From Planctomycetaceae bacterium (GTDB taxonomy: Bacteria > Planctomycetota > Planctomycetia > Planctomycetales > Planctomycetaceae), in the NCBI GenBank assembly GCA_014762625.1, contig JABURQ010000208.1, positions 309 to 64,308 on the forward strand: DNA of 64,000 nucleotides, written 5' to 3'. How positions within the stretch are numbered: the first letter of the stretch is position 1; each line of letters begins with the position of its first letter. Positions 40,135-50,756 of the stretch are shown here, in pieces. Under the pieces are notes generated by a model. It ran no database searches, was not told the DNA's origin, and worked only from the letters and a program-made list of their open reading frames with translations. The position numbers and the translations under genes were made by a program.

Positions 40135-41541
40135 TCAATTCGTTTGGTGCGAAGCCCAGCGATGAATTGACTCCACAAACTGTTCCCCCCGGTCACGAAA
40201 ATCGAGAAACCAATCGTAGCTCGCACAGCCGGGGCTCATCAGGACAATGTCACCTGGCGAGGATTGGCTGATTGCCCAATGAAAGGCATCAGCGAATGAT
40301 TCATGGACCGCACAATTGACGTTGTTGGGGGCTGCGAGTTCGTTCATCTCCTCGCATAGACGCTCTCCCGTTTGTCCCATGAGCGAGATCGCCTTGGTTT
40401 TCTCGGACATTTTTTGTGACATCGGCAGTAGGTCGATCTGCTTGTCGTAACCTCCCGCTAATAGCACAATTGGTTCATCAAAAGATTCGATGGCGGCGAT
40501 TGTGGATTCGGGAGTGGTGGAGATCGAATCGTTGAAAAAACGACGTCCCGCATATTCACCGACGAATTCGAGACGGTGGGGGAGCGGCGTAAAGCTTTTA
40601 AGTGATCGATCGAATGAATCCCCCGAGACGCCCGCCTTCAAAGCGGCCGCACAGGCCGCCACAATATTGCGGCGGTTGTGGTCTCCCGGTAAACGGCTGA
40701 GGTTGGAAAGCTCCCAACGCAGTTCATTATCTTTGGTTCGGTAGATGAGTTGTTTGCCACAATCAGATTGGAAGAGTCCGCGAGCTCCGGTATCTTTCAA
40801 ACCAAACCAGACGGGGTCTGAGTGGACGGGCCAGTTTGAGACCTGAGGGTCATCGAGAGGTAGCACGGCATGTCCAGTCGAACATTGCCAACGCAAGACT
40901 GTTTGCTTGGCCCGTCGATACTCTTCCAGCGAACCGTGCCAGTCGAGATGATTGGGAGTGAAATTGGTAATGACGGCGATCTTGGGGCTGCAAAACATCT
41001 GATCCAACGCCGCCAGTTGAAAGCTGGATAGCTCGAGTACAACCCAGTCATTGGGCGCGATCTCATCCAATGAATTCAGAAGACTTCCGCCGATATTCCC
41101 TCCCAGGTGAGATTTCAAACCTGCATTTTTCAGGAGATGATGCGTCAATGCGGCCGTTGTGGATTTGCCGTTACTGCCTGTAATGCCGATAACGTGCGCC
41201 GGGTTGAACTGAAGAAACAAACCAATCTCTGAGGAAAGCGGGACACCGGCTTGTTCTGCGAGTTGAAGCCACTCGCTATCTCTCCGGACCGCAGGATTCA
41301 CAATGAGCAGATCGGTTTCCGTGAAATCGCTTTCATGGTGCCCGCCGAGATGGATCGCCTCAATATCGAGATCGGAGATTAGATCGAGTGAGTCAGCGAG
41401 ATCGTCAGCGGGTTTGATGTCGGTGACAGTGACGTGAGCTCCCTGTGCAACGAGGAAACGAATCACTCCTGTGCCTCCGCCGAATCGACCGAGACCCATC
41501 ACTGTGACTCGAATTCCTGAGAGCTGTTGTCGGTTAAACAT
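40135..41541 (-). CDS. murD: UDP-N-acetylmuramoylalanine--D-glutamate ligase
   Basis: Start at MFNRQQLSGIRVTVMGLGRFGGG. The ITGSNGKSTT P-loop, the Mur ligase middle and C-terminal domains, and DxFxNFEERG-like DFRDRGEQF are present. Confidence 0.85.
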   Translation of the reverse strand: MFNRQQLSGIRVTVMGLGRFGGGTGVIRFLVAQGAHVTVTDIKPADDLADSLDLISDLDIEAIHLGGHHESDFTETDLLIVNPAVRRDSEWLQLAEQAGVPLSSEIGLFLQFNPAHVIGITGSNGKSTTAALTHHLLKNAGLKSHLGGNIGGSLLNSLDEIAPNDWVVLELSSFQLAALDQMFCSPKIAVITNFTPNHLDWHGSLEEYRRAKQTVLRWQCSTGHAVLPLDDPQVSNWPVHSDPVWFGLKDTGARGLFQSDCGKQLIYRTKDNELRWELSNLSRLPGDHNRRNIVAACAAALKAGVSGDSFDRSLKSFTPLPHRLEFVGEYAGRRFFNDSISTTPESTIAAIESFDEPIVLLAGGYDKQIDLLPMSQKMSEKTKAISLMGQTGERLCEEMNELAAPNNVNCAVHESFADAFHWAISQSSPGDIVLMSPGCASYDWFLDFRDRGEQFVESIHRWASHQTN

Positions 41542-41725
41542 AGGGAATTGTTCCTGGGTTACTTTATTGATATCAGGAATTCCGTGGGAAGTCCAAGAGC
41601 GGAACTTACAGATTGTGAAAGTCGGGGATTGCTTGTCGAGAAATGGCTGCGTAGTCTGTCTAGTCGAGCTCGACAATTGGGTAATATGATATCAATTTTC
41701 GTAAGACGGAGATGGAGACTGAGGA

Positions 41726-43699
41726 ATGAATATGCTGCTTGCGGAAGTGGATCCGGGACAATGGATGGGTTTGCATCCAGTCGACTGGGTTGTTCTGGTC
41801 GGGTACTTCGTCGTGATTCTAGGAATCGGGTTGTATTCTTACCTCAAAGTATCGGATATGTCCGACTATTTTATGGGAGGGCGGCGTTTCGGCAAAGTAT
41901 TCATGATGTTCTTCGCGTTTGGAGCGGGAACGAGCAGTGAGCAGGCGGTCAGTGTGGCGGCGGGGTCGTTTCGTTTCGGGCTGGCGGGAATCTGGTATCA
42001 GTTTCTGTGGCTGATCGCGACGCCATTCTACTGGATCATCGCACCGGTTTTCCGACGCATGCGAGCCCTGACCACCAGTGACTTTTTCGAGGCCCGATAC
42101 AATACGTCCACAGCGACGCTCTATTCATTTCTCGGTATCCTCATGGCGATTGTGTTCATTGCCGGCGGTTTGTTTGGGGCAGGAGCAATGATTGAAGGTT
42201 TGGCGGGAGGCATCAATCCGGAAACCAACCAGCCATTCTTTCCCGCTGAGTACGCCATTGCCGCGATGACGGTGATGTTCGTTATTTACGGTTTCGCGGG
42301 AGGGCTGGGTGCCGCGATTATCACCGACTTTCTGCAAGGTGTCCTCACGATCATTTTTTCATTTCTATTACTGCCGTTTGCATTAGCAGTGGCGGCCAAT
42401 GTGGCGGGAACGGATGGTGGATTTGAATCTCTGCATCAAGGAGTCCCGAATTTTAGCGGCGAAGAAATGCTGAGTTTGACGATCGATGAAGAGTTCGCGA
42501 AAAAAACCGGGAAGGAACCGATTACACCATTCTTTGTCATGATGCTTTCTCTCTCCGGTTTGATCGGGATTGTCGTCCAACCGCACATTATGGGCGTCTG
42601 CGGTGCCGGAAAAACCGAGATGGAGGGACGGGTTGGTTTTACGTTTGGAAACTTTATTAAACGCTTTTGCACGATTGCCTGGTCTTTTACGGGGTTGGCG
42701 TGCATTGTCATTTACATGACCCCCGAAAACGGGATGATTACGGGGGAAATGCTCGCCGATTTGAATTCCGATCCCGATGCCTATCGAGAATTTGCCGATC
42801 AGGTGTTCGGTCGCGCCGCGCATGATATTCTCCCCACGATATCACATGGTCTCGTAGGGCTGCTGATGGCGGCTTTACTGGCAGCGGTGATGAGTACCTG
42901 CGACGCGCAAATGGTGGTTGGTTCGGGTTTGTTTACAGAAAATATCTATCGTCGCTTTCTCGTCAAAAACGCCAGTAAGACACATTATCTTTGGGCCGGG
43001 CGAATCGCCAGTCTCGGCATTGTTGCACTCGCGCTGGCTATGCTGACCCAGTTCGATAATGTGATTCAGGTATTGACCCGATATATTCAGGCACTCCCTG
43101 CGTTTATGGGAGTCTCTTTCTGGTTTGGCCTGATGTGGCGTCGCTATACTCCCGCGGCTGTTTGGACTTCTACATTGGTGACGGCTGGTGTGTGGTATCT
43201 GACTCAAACTCATAAACCACTGGAGTGGATGGCGGGAGCAGGAGCTTCCGAGTTGATGCAACAGAATATCGATTATTATCCAGCGATGGTCCGCCATTGG
43301 ATGTATGCTCTCGCGCCGTCGATAATGAATGTCAAACTGGATGACGCTGGTCAAGTCTTGGCGCTTGATATGAGAGTCCCGTATCAAATGTTGATGTACC
43401 TATCGAGTGGGGCGCTCGCAGGAGTGCTCGTGAGTTTTGTTACAAAACCAACCGGGAAGGAGAAACTAGATCATTTCTACACGTTGATTCGAACTCCAGT
43501 CACACCGGGAGAAGAGGTCGATGCGCCTTGTACTCTTCCCGCAAATCCAGCCCCTATGGAAACAGGCAAGTTGTTCAATCATCCAGATTGGGAAATTCCC
43601 GCACCAAGCAAGGTAGGGATGGTTGGTTTCATCGGTTCGTGGGTGATGGTGGGAGTGGTGATCGGCCTGCTGTACTTCCTGCGTTCGTTGGGAGGGTAA
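41726..43699 (+). CDS. Sodium:solute symporter (SSS) family transporter
   Basis: 657 aa with about 13-14 TM segments. It has an SSS-type N-terminal region (DYFMGGRRFG), and the substrate is unknown. Confidence 0.8.
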   Translation: MNMLLAEVDPGQWMGLHPVDWVVLVGYFVVILGIGLYSYLKVSDMSDYFMGGRRFGKVFMMFFAFGAGTSSEQAVSVAAGSFRFGLAGIWYQFLWLIATPFYWIIAPVFRRMRALTTSDFFEARYNTSTATLYSFLGILMAIVFIAGGLFGAGAMIEGLAGGINPETNQPFFPAEYAIAAMTVMFVIYGFAGGLGAAIITDFLQGVLTIIFSFLLLPFALAVAANVAGTDGGFESLHQGVPNFSGEEMLSLTIDEEFAKKTGKEPITPFFVMMLSLSGLIGIVVQPHIMGVCGAGKTEMEGRVGFTFGNFIKRFCTIAWSFTGLACIVIYMTPENGMITGEMLADLNSDPDAYREFADQVFGRAAHDILPTISHGLVGLLMAALLAAVMSTCDAQMVVGSGLFTENIYRRFLVKNASKTHYLWAGRIASLGIVALALAMLTQFDNVIQVLTRYIQALPAFMGVSFWFGLMWRRYTPAAVWTSTLVTAGVWYLTQTHKPLEWMAGAGASELMQQNIDYYPAMVRHWMYALAPSIMNVKLDDAGQVLALDMRVPYQMLMYLSSGALAGVLVSFVTKPTGKEKLDHFYTLIRTPVTPGEEVDAPCTLPANPAPMETGKLFNHPDWEIPAPSKVGMVGFIGSWVMVGVVIGLLYFLRSLGG

Positions 43700-43708
43700 C
43701 CCGAGACG

Positions 43709-45493
43709 TTACGCTCGTAGGAGTTCAACTGTAAATATCGTTCCTTCACCTTGTACGCTCTCGACCTGAATCGAACCTCCGAAGACTTGAGCCAGGTGCT
43801 TGACGATGGAAAGTCCGAGACCGGTACCTCCCATCTCTCGTGAGCGGGCTTTATCGACGCGATAGAAGCGTTCAAAAATTCGCCCCAAGTGCTCCGGCGG
43901 GATCCCTAATCCGGTATCGCTGATGGACAGGAAGACCCGGTTGTTATCAACCGTCCACCGCACTTCGACACGACCGCGTTCCAAAGTGTATTTCAAAGCA
44001 TTATCGAGCAGATTGTCAAATATGGTACGAAGTCCGTCCGTATCGGCATGCACCATCACCGGTTCAGCTTCGTCAGCCGGAATCACATGGAGTGTGATTT
44101 GTTTACTTTCCGCGATCGCCTGATGGTCTTGCACACTCTCATACGCAATGTCGTTCAGGTTGATCGCCTTCATGTCGAACATCTCCTGACCGCTTTCTAC
44201 CTGCGCGATTTTGATGACGTCGACAATCAACATGTGCAATCGTTCGGCCTGCTCGTCAATACGTTCGAGAAATTTACGATTAATGGAAGAGTCCTCTAGA
44301 CCACCTTCCAACAACGTGTCGGTATATGCCTGAATGGAGGCGAGCGGTGTTTTTAATTCATGCGAAACGTTCGAGACGAATTCCCGGCGAACATTTTCGA
44401 GGCGTCGAAGTTCGGTCATATCGTGAAACACCATGACGACACCGCTCGCCGGCTCTCCAGGGAGCCGGGAGGCAATGACGGATAGAACGATATCTTTCCG
44501 TGGAATTTCAATTTCGACGGATAATAAACGCCGGCGATGAAGAACTTCATCGACCACATCCAAGACTCCAGGATGACGAACGGCCTCGACGAGTTGTCGA
44601 TTGATGTAGTCTCGGTTGTTGATTTCGAAAATATTGAGGGCGGCCCGATTCGCAAAGAGGATACGCTGATTTTCATCAACGGCAATCACCCCTTCGATCA
44701 TCGCCCCCAGCACCGTGCGTAGTCGTTCGCTTCCTTCCTGGATATCCAGTTTCTGATCATTCAGTCGAGCAATCCGATTTTTAAGTTGACTACTCATCTG
44801 ATTGAAACTGTCCGCGAGGGATTCGAGTTCATCCCGGCTTTCCACATTCAGTTCCTGATCGAATATTCCTTCCGTCACTCGTTCTGCACCAGTTTTGAGC
44901 ATCTCCAGTGAGCGAACAATACGAGAGACGAGCAGGTATGTCACTAAGATTGCGATTATCGATGTTGTGATGATAATCGTCAGGATCAGGCGCTGGGCGG
45001 TCTCTAAGTCAGTTTCGTAGCTGGAGCTAGGAAGTGAGGATAAAACATACCCTTGGGGATCATCAGCATTTCCGATCTGGTTTTTGTACAGAATCAAATC
45101 CTTGCCAAATTCTTTGGATGTTTCCGTTGATGTTCCCAAGCCAGTTACTGCCAGAAAATTTTGGGCTTCCTGAGAAAGAGCCTGGTCCGGGATGATTTCC
45201 GATTCTGAATCGACGATCAGTTTTTTTTGGGAATTATAGATGCGTATTCGAACTTTCAGGGCAGATTGCATCTGCCGCAGCTCTTTGTAAAAGGATTCAT
45301 CCGATAAGTTTGGATAAATGTGTTGAACATGAACGGCAGTCATCACAGCAACGCTCTGTAAACGTTGTCGCACTTGTTGGGTCACCAGTGTTTCAAGCCG
45401 GGTTGAGAAAAGAGAGAACAGCAACAGTGATGAAAGGGCAATGAGCGCAAAGAAGATCGTAAAGAATCGCCGGAACAATCGTGAACGCCACAT
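43709..45493 (-). CDS. Sensor histidine kinase (TM-HAMP-PAS-HisKA-HATPase; PhoR-like)
   Basis: H-box FVSNVSHELKTPL, N-box DNALKYT, and G-boxes DTGLGIP and GGTGLGLSIV. No cognate regulator is adjacent. Confidence 0.85.
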   Translation of the reverse strand: MWRSRLFRRFFTIFFALIALSSLLLFSLFSTRLETLVTQQVRQRLQSVAVMTAVHVQHIYPNLSDESFYKELRQMQSALKVRIRIYNSQKKLIVDSESEIIPDQALSQEAQNFLAVTGLGTSTETSKEFGKDLILYKNQIGNADDPQGYVLSSLPSSSYETDLETAQRLILTIIITTSIIAILVTYLLVSRIVRSLEMLKTGAERVTEGIFDQELNVESRDELESLADSFNQMSSQLKNRIARLNDQKLDIQEGSERLRTVLGAMIEGVIAVDENQRILFANRAALNIFEINNRDYINRQLVEAVRHPGVLDVVDEVLHRRRLLSVEIEIPRKDIVLSVIASRLPGEPASGVVMVFHDMTELRRLENVRREFVSNVSHELKTPLASIQAYTDTLLEGGLEDSSINRKFLERIDEQAERLHMLIVDVIKIAQVESGQEMFDMKAINLNDIAYESVQDHQAIAESKQITLHVIPADEAEPVMVHADTDGLRTIFDNLLDNALKYTLERGRVEVRWTVDNNRVFLSISDTGLGIPPEHLGRIFERFYRVDKARSREMGGTGLGLSIVKHLAQVFGGSIQVESVQGEGTIFTVELLRA

Positions 45494-45652
45494 GCTGGAA
45501 ATTCCGTCAGATAGAGGAGGATTGTTCGAGGATCAGAAAGCGATGCAGGATAGGAGACTGGTTAGGCATATCTCCGTATTTTTCCCATTCGGCCTTGACC
45601 ACACAACCGCAGAGGGGGAGCATCTTGTGACTCATCACAAAATGAAGGAAAC

Positions 45653-46771
45653 ATGATGACCGATCCTCGAATCACTCATTTGGCGGAATTACTGATCGAC
45701 CACAGTTGTCAGTTGGAATCTGGACAAAAACTGTTGATTGAAGCTTTCGATCTTCCGAGCCCTGAACTGGTCTCCCGGCTAGTAGCAATCGCCTCGCGAC
45801 GAGGGGCGATACCAGTCGTCAATCTGAAATCAAACGAGGTGCTTCGGGCTCAATATCAGAACGCCACGGAATCGTCAATGACCTTGTTGGGTGAACTCGA
45901 GAGTCACGTGATGTCTCAGGTGGATGCCTATATTGGCGTGCGGGGAGCCAATAACAGTAACGAGTTCGCCGATGTACCAACCGATCAGATGACGCTGTTC
46001 CAGAAACATTGGTGGAAGCCGGTGCATGTGGGGATTCGCGTGCCGCAAACTCGATGGGTGGTTTTACGATATCCTACAGCGTCGATGGCTCAGGCAGCAA
46101 ACATGAGTACCTCTGCTTTTGAGGATTATTTTTTTGAGGTGTGTACCGCCGACTATGCAATCATGGCGGAGAATCAGAAACCTCTCGCTGAGTTGATGGA
46201 TAAGACTAAAGAGGTTCGGATCACCGCGCCGGGAACCGATCTCTCGTTTTCGATTGAAGGTATGCCCGCCATACCTTGTGCCGGCGAATGTAATATACCC
46301 GATGGAGAGGTATTTACCGCACCCGTTCGGGAGAGTGTGAATGGGACCATTCAGTACAACACAGGTTCCCGGTATCAGGGGACTGTGTTCGAGAATATAC
46401 GGTTTGAGTTTCAGGAAGGAAAAATCGTAGACGCGAAATGTCGCGGTAAGACGGAGACTTTGAATGGGATTCTCGACGCGGATGATGGAGCACGCTTTGT
46501 TGGAGAATGGTCACTGGGATGTAACAATGCCGTGAAACACCCCATGCTGGATACGCTCTTCGATGAAAAAATTGGAGGTTCCTTTCATCTGACACCAGGG
46601 AATGCTTACGACGAAGCGGATAACGGCAATCGTTCTCAAGTTCACTGGGATCTCGTTTTGATCCAAACTCCTGAGTATGGCGGAGGAGAGATTTACTTTG
46701 ATGGAGTGTTAATCCGCAAAGATGGGAAATTTCTACCGGAAAAGCTCCAAGCATTGAATGCCGGGTTGTAA
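45653..46771 (+). CDS. Aminopeptidase, peptidase family M29 (AmpS/PepS-like)
   Basis: 372 aa. The N-terminal LAELLIDHSCQLESGQKLLIEA pattern and the C-terminal GG.FH.T.G...SQVHWDLV pattern are typical of M29. Confidence 0.8.
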   Translation: MMTDPRITHLAELLIDHSCQLESGQKLLIEAFDLPSPELVSRLVAIASRRGAIPVVNLKSNEVLRAQYQNATESSMTLLGELESHVMSQVDAYIGVRGANNSNEFADVPTDQMTLFQKHWWKPVHVGIRVPQTRWVVLRYPTASMAQAANMSTSAFEDYFFEVCTADYAIMAENQKPLAELMDKTKEVRITAPGTDLSFSIEGMPAIPCAGECNIPDGEVFTAPVRESVNGTIQYNTGSRYQGTVFENIRFEFQEGKIVDAKCRGKTETLNGILDADDGARFVGEWSLGCNNAVKHPMLDTLFDEKIGGSFHLTPGNAYDEADNGNRSQVHWDLVLIQTPEYGGGEIYFDGVLIRKDGKFLPEKLQALNAGL

Positions 46772-46812
46772 AATTGAGTAAGAGAGTTGTGTTGGGCGAA
46801 AGGAGGTTCGAT

Positions 46813-47016
46813 ATGTCTTATCTCGTAAACGGTCAAATTGTGGAGCGAGTTTCTGAGCCGCGTTTTCGGATCGTTGTGCGTATGGATCAAGCCGGAAAAG
46901 CCGAAGCTGGAGATATCGAATGGGTTGACGACCCTCCTATGGATGTCTATTTGTTGACCGGCTACCTCCAACAGGCACTTGATGCATGGAATCGCGAGCA
47001 GACGATCACAGAATGA
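46813..47016 (+). CDS. Small hypothetical protein (67 aa)
   Basis: The ATG lies 7 nt after a perfect AGGAGG. It is 40 nt downstream of the aminopeptidase, and no family is recognised. Confidence 0.4.
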   Translation: MSYLVNGQIVERVSEPRFRIVVRMDQAGKAEAGDIEWVDDPPMDVYLLTGYLQQALDAWNREQTITE

Positions 47017-47170
47017 CGGGAATGCCGAAAGAAATTTTTCGATAGGAGTCTTGCCAAAAAGGAAGATACAGCTTTAGTTTAGCCTCTCCGAATCGAAGTT
47101 TTCAGAATTACGCTATCCCGCCGAAAAAGAAGAACATCCGCATCAATGAATTGTGATTTTCTGAGTTCTT

Positions 47171-48259
47171 TTAACGGGTGATGGAAACACACGAAAATTC
47201 CGCCAGCGCCGCTGCCATGACGTTTTGCGGACAGGACCAGACGAGGAAGAATTGTGCTTCTCGAACTGCTCGGGAGGCAGGGTGAGTTTCCAGAAAGCCT
47301 GCCCCCTTGGAGGCCGTCAACCAGGCCTGTGCCGCCCTTAATACCAGAGAGTTTGATTTTTTTCTTAGGGTCTCGCGCTCTTCCCCGTTGGTGGGATGTT
47401 CCGGGGCGGAAATCATCTGTCGCAGAGTTGATTTGAGAGATTCCAGGTCGGAAGAAAGTTCCATTGCTGTCGGAGTTAGATCCGGGCGTTTCTCGGCTTC
47501 TGTCTGAATGCCCCGGATTGAATTTTGAGCGGCTCCCAGAGCAAGAGCGGAAGTGGTGACTCCGCCGGTACTCCCCGCGGCAAGGACGTTCTCGCAGGGG
47601 CCGACCAGCAGCATGTCGGAGGTGACACGCACATCGTCTAGAGTGACGGAAGTCGTACACGATTCATTCAATGCCAGGAGGCGAGGTGCAGGCTGAATAT
47701 TAATACCTGGCAGATTCGTGGGCAGGGCAATGAGAACTTGCTGGCCATCGGGCTGAATGCCTCCGGTGACAATGATGTCGGCAGCCTCCACTCCAGTCGT
47801 CCAGGGGATTTCTCCCTGCAGGAGCCAACCGGATTCGTTCGGTATGGCCTTAAGAACCGGATCTTTCGTGTGCTGACGCGACGTGGTCAGATGAGAAATT
47901 CCGACCGTTGCAAAAATATCGTTATGCGCCAGCTTATGAGCGAGTTCAGATTTAAGCGATTCGTTGTCAGAGCTCAGGATTCGGGAGACGGCCGCATTTC
48001 GTTGGGTCAGAATGAATGTGGTCGTCAAACACGCCGCCGCCAGTTCAATGTACGCAATTGAGGTGACCTGAGCCGGCTGTGGGTTACCTCCAAAATGCTC
48101 CGGTATAAACCAGGCAGTAATACCACTGTCACACATCGTCTGCCAAGACTCTTCGGGCCAGCCACCTCTCACTTCGAGAGAGGCGGAAAGCTCTCGTAGT
48201 CGCGTCAGATGGGAATGAAAATCAGTATCGAACAGGTTGTCTGTGGCTAGGTCATTCAT
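47171..48259 (-). CDS. Acyl-CoA dehydrogenase-fold protein
   Basis: 362 aa with an ACAD-like three-domain pattern (WFIPEHFGG, ILTQRNAA, GEIPWTTG). It starts 32 nt after the htpG stop. Confidence 0.6.
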   Translation of the reverse strand: MNDLATDNLFDTDFHSHLTRLRELSASLEVRGGWPEESWQTMCDSGITAWFIPEHFGGNPQPAQVTSIAYIELAAACLTTTFILTQRNAAVSRILSSDNESLKSELAHKLAHNDIFATVGISHLTTSRQHTKDPVLKAIPNESGWLLQGEIPWTTGVEAADIIVTGGIQPDGQQVLIALPTNLPGINIQPAPRLLALNESCTTSVTLDDVRVTSDMLLVGPCENVLAAGSTGGVTTSALALGAAQNSIRGIQTEAEKRPDLTPTAMELSSDLESLKSTLRQMISAPEHPTNGEERETLRKKSNSLVLRAAQAWLTASKGAGFLETHPASRAVREAQFFLVWSCPQNVMAAALAEFSCVSITR

Positions 48260-48291
48260 AGCGTGTCATTCGTCAGTGACGATCGTGAATC

Positions 48292-50190
48292 TCAGGTCAC
48301 AATCGACGTTTTGCCGTCAGCCAATTCCTGCATCATGCTCAGGACCCGTTGCGGCATGTCATCGTCATCGGGGGAGATCCCTTCTTGTAACAGAGCCTGA
48401 TCCAGAAGCGTCGACGCACAGTTCGAGATGAACTGATGATTTTGTTCATTACTGACAAGAGTCGATAACCGTTGGATCAGAGGGGCTTGAGGATTCAGCT
48501 CGAGAATCCTTTCCGCCATCGGAAAGCCTTCGTGTTGCATGCTGAGCACTTTTTGAAGTTGCGTACTCATTTTGCCGTCCTTATTGACGAGACAACAGGG
48601 ACTTTCCGTCAATCGATCAGATTGACGGACTTCGGCGACACGCCCATCAAGAGCCTTCTCGAAAAACTCCAATAACGCTTCAAAGCCAGCGGGAACACTT
48701 TCCTTATCGTCTTTGTCATCCGAGGCGCTGTCATCGGAACTTGAATCGGGAAGTTTTACGTCTGCGGAATCGATGGAGACAATCTCTTTTCCGTCAAACT
48801 TTTCAAGCTGACTCAGGACAATTTCATTGACCGGATCGACCAGCAACAGCACTTCCAGATCCTGTTTGCGAAATGCTTCCAGATGAGGATTGCGCTCGAG
48901 TCGTTCTTTCGATTGGCCGCTCAGAAAGTAGATTTGCTCCTGGTCTTCCGCCATGCGATTGCAGTATTCGGTGAGCGAGGTCAAGCCGGACTCGTTTTCC
49001 GATTTCGCAGAGGGGAAGAGCAGCAGTTTGCTCAGACGGTCGCGGTTGCCGAAGTCAGACGAGATACCTTCCCTCAGAATGCTACCAAATTCCTGATAAA
49101 AAGCATGGTAGTCTTGAGTCTGCTCGGCTTGCATGTCTGTCAGATGGTCGAGAGCTTTCTTGGTGATCACCTTCCGGATTTTCATGAAGACGGTATTGTC
49201 TTGAAGCGCTTCTCGGGAAACATTGAGAGGCAAATCTGCGGAATCGACCAGACCATACAAAAACCGGAGATACTCAGGAAGCAGCTTATCGCAATCGTTC
49301 TGGACGAGAATCCGCTTCGCGCACAGATAGAGCCCGTGATCGATTTTTCCGAATCCCAGTTTTTCAAAATTCGATTCGGGACAGAACAGGATCGATTTGA
49401 ATTCAAACGGCGTTTCGCTGGCAAGATGTAAATACCACCGCGGCTTCTCTCCTCCCGTACCATGTGTCAGATATTTGTAGAATTCATGATATTGTTCTTC
49501 TTTTAGGTGAGATTTCGGTTCAACCCAGATGGGGGGTTGGGTATTGACCTGCTCGCCGTCGAGTTTAATTGGGTGTGCGACAAATGTGGAATAGGTTTGC
49601 AAAATGTGTTGCAGGCGTTCGGGACGAGAAAACTCGGTAGCTTCCTCTTTGAGGTGCAAGACAATCTGTGTACCTCGTTCGAGCCCTGCGCGAGGTTCGA
49701 TGGTGAATTGGCCTGTGCCTTCTGATTCCCAGCACCAACCGGAATCCTCGGAAAAACTTCGCGTCAGGACTTCGACGGTATCAGCCAGCATGAATGCAGA
49801 ATAAAAACCGACGCCGAACTGCCCAATCAGAGAGACGTCTGGTTGCTTTTCCTGGCTGAGTTTGGAAAGGAATTCTTTCGACCCACTATGGGCGATGGTC
49901 CCGAGATTTTTGACGAGTTCGTCACGCGTCATTCCAACTCCGGTATCGGCGATGGTGAGCGTTTTGACTTCCTCGTCAGGAGTGATGGCAATCTCCAGCG
50001 TCTCATTTTCGTCGGTATCGCCATTCGCAACAAGTTGAAATCGCATCTTATCAAGGGCGTCGGAGGCATTAGAGACAAGCTCCCGAATTGTGATTTCGCG
50101 ATTTTGATAAAGTGAGTGCGAGAGTAGGGTAAGGAGTTCCTTGATCTCTGCTTGAAAAGTAAACTGTTCGGTTTGATTTGTTTCGGTCAT
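48292..50190 (-). CDS. htpG: Molecular chaperone HtpG (Hsp90)
   Basis: 632 aa. FQAEIKELLTLLSHSLYQNREITIRELVSNASDALDK and GQFGVGFYSAFM are the Hsp90 N-domain signatures. Confidence 0.95.
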   Translation of the reverse strand: MTETNQTEQFTFQAEIKELLTLLSHSLYQNREITIRELVSNASDALDKMRFQLVANGDTDENETLEIAITPDEEVKTLTIADTGVGMTRDELVKNLGTIAHSGSKEFLSKLSQEKQPDVSLIGQFGVGFYSAFMLADTVEVLTRSFSEDSGWCWESEGTGQFTIEPRAGLERGTQIVLHLKEEATEFSRPERLQHILQTYSTFVAHPIKLDGEQVNTQPPIWVEPKSHLKEEQYHEFYKYLTHGTGGEKPRWYLHLASETPFEFKSILFCPESNFEKLGFGKIDHGLYLCAKRILVQNDCDKLLPEYLRFLYGLVDSADLPLNVSREALQDNTVFMKIRKVITKKALDHLTDMQAEQTQDYHAFYQEFGSILREGISSDFGNRDRLSKLLLFPSAKSENESGLTSLTEYCNRMAEDQEQIYFLSGQSKERLERNPHLEAFRKQDLEVLLLVDPVNEIVLSQLEKFDGKEIVSIDSADVKLPDSSSDDSASDDKDDKESVPAGFEALLEFFEKALDGRVAEVRQSDRLTESPCCLVNKDGKMSTQLQKVLSMQHEGFPMAERILELNPQAPLIQRLSTLVSNEQNHQFISNCASTLLDQALLQEGISPDDDDMPQRVLSMMQELADGKTSIVT

Positions 50191-50505
50191 TTATTGATCT
50201 CCTAACATCTGTAGAAACTCGGTCATTTCAGAGACCGCATGTCGATCGCCTGCCTGTTTCGCAGCCTCGATCCCAGAAGTGACAGTCTGAATTGCTTCGT
50301 CTGTCGAGCCCTCTTCGGCAAGGATTTGCCCAAGTTGGAAATGGGCGGCGTGATAGTCTGGAAAACGATGGATGACATCACGGAAACGCTTGATCGCTTC
50401 AGGACGTTCATCGGCGGATAGATATTCCTGAGCAAGGGCATAATTGAGAAACGGATCATTGGGGTCCGATTGCAACATTTGCCTTAACTTCTCTTTGCGC
50501 GCCAT
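50191..50505 (-). CDS. Small TPR-repeat protein translationally abutting htpG
   Basis: 104 aa with about 2.5 TPR units. Its TAA stop is immediately followed by the htpG ATG (TAAATG), and the htpG Shine-Dalgarno AGGAG lies inside its last codons. Confidence 0.6.
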   Translation of the reverse strand: MARKEKLRQMLQSDPNDPFLNYALAQEYLSADERPEAIKRFRDVIHRFPDYHAAHFQLGQILAEEGSTDEAIQTVTSGIEAAKQAGDRHAVSEMTEFLQMLGDQ

Positions 50506-50725
50506 GAAATATCCTTTGGGTGTTAATCAAATGCTTCCGCTAAACCAAAAGCAATAAAGGGTAAATGGCTTATTTTTCGGAATTGAACGGAAACGTGCAA
50601 GCGAAGCAGGCCGTGAACTACCCTAAAAGTCATGACTATTAAACGACTTGAGATCTATTCGTTTGGGATTTTGATGGTTAAAGGGATCCGGTTAAGTGTG
50701 GCGTCATGAATTACCTGTCCTGCCA

Positions 50726-50756
50726 TTATGGGGGGATAGGCAATCTGTTTCGAGGG
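50726..50756 (-). promoter_or_regulatory. Sigma-32-like heat-shock promoter motif upstream of the TPR-htpG operon
   Basis: The minus strand reads CCCTCGAA-(14 nt)-CCCCATAAT, against the consensus CCCTTGAA-N13-15-CCCCATNT. It is about 220 nt upstream of the TPR start. Confidence 0.3.

Noticed and set aside
47079-47660. 193-aa minus-strand ORF overlapping the 3' half of the ACAD-fold gene
   Set aside because: It is an alternative frame of the same strand, R/S/G-rich, and extends into the intergenic region. The ACAD frame carries the family motifs.
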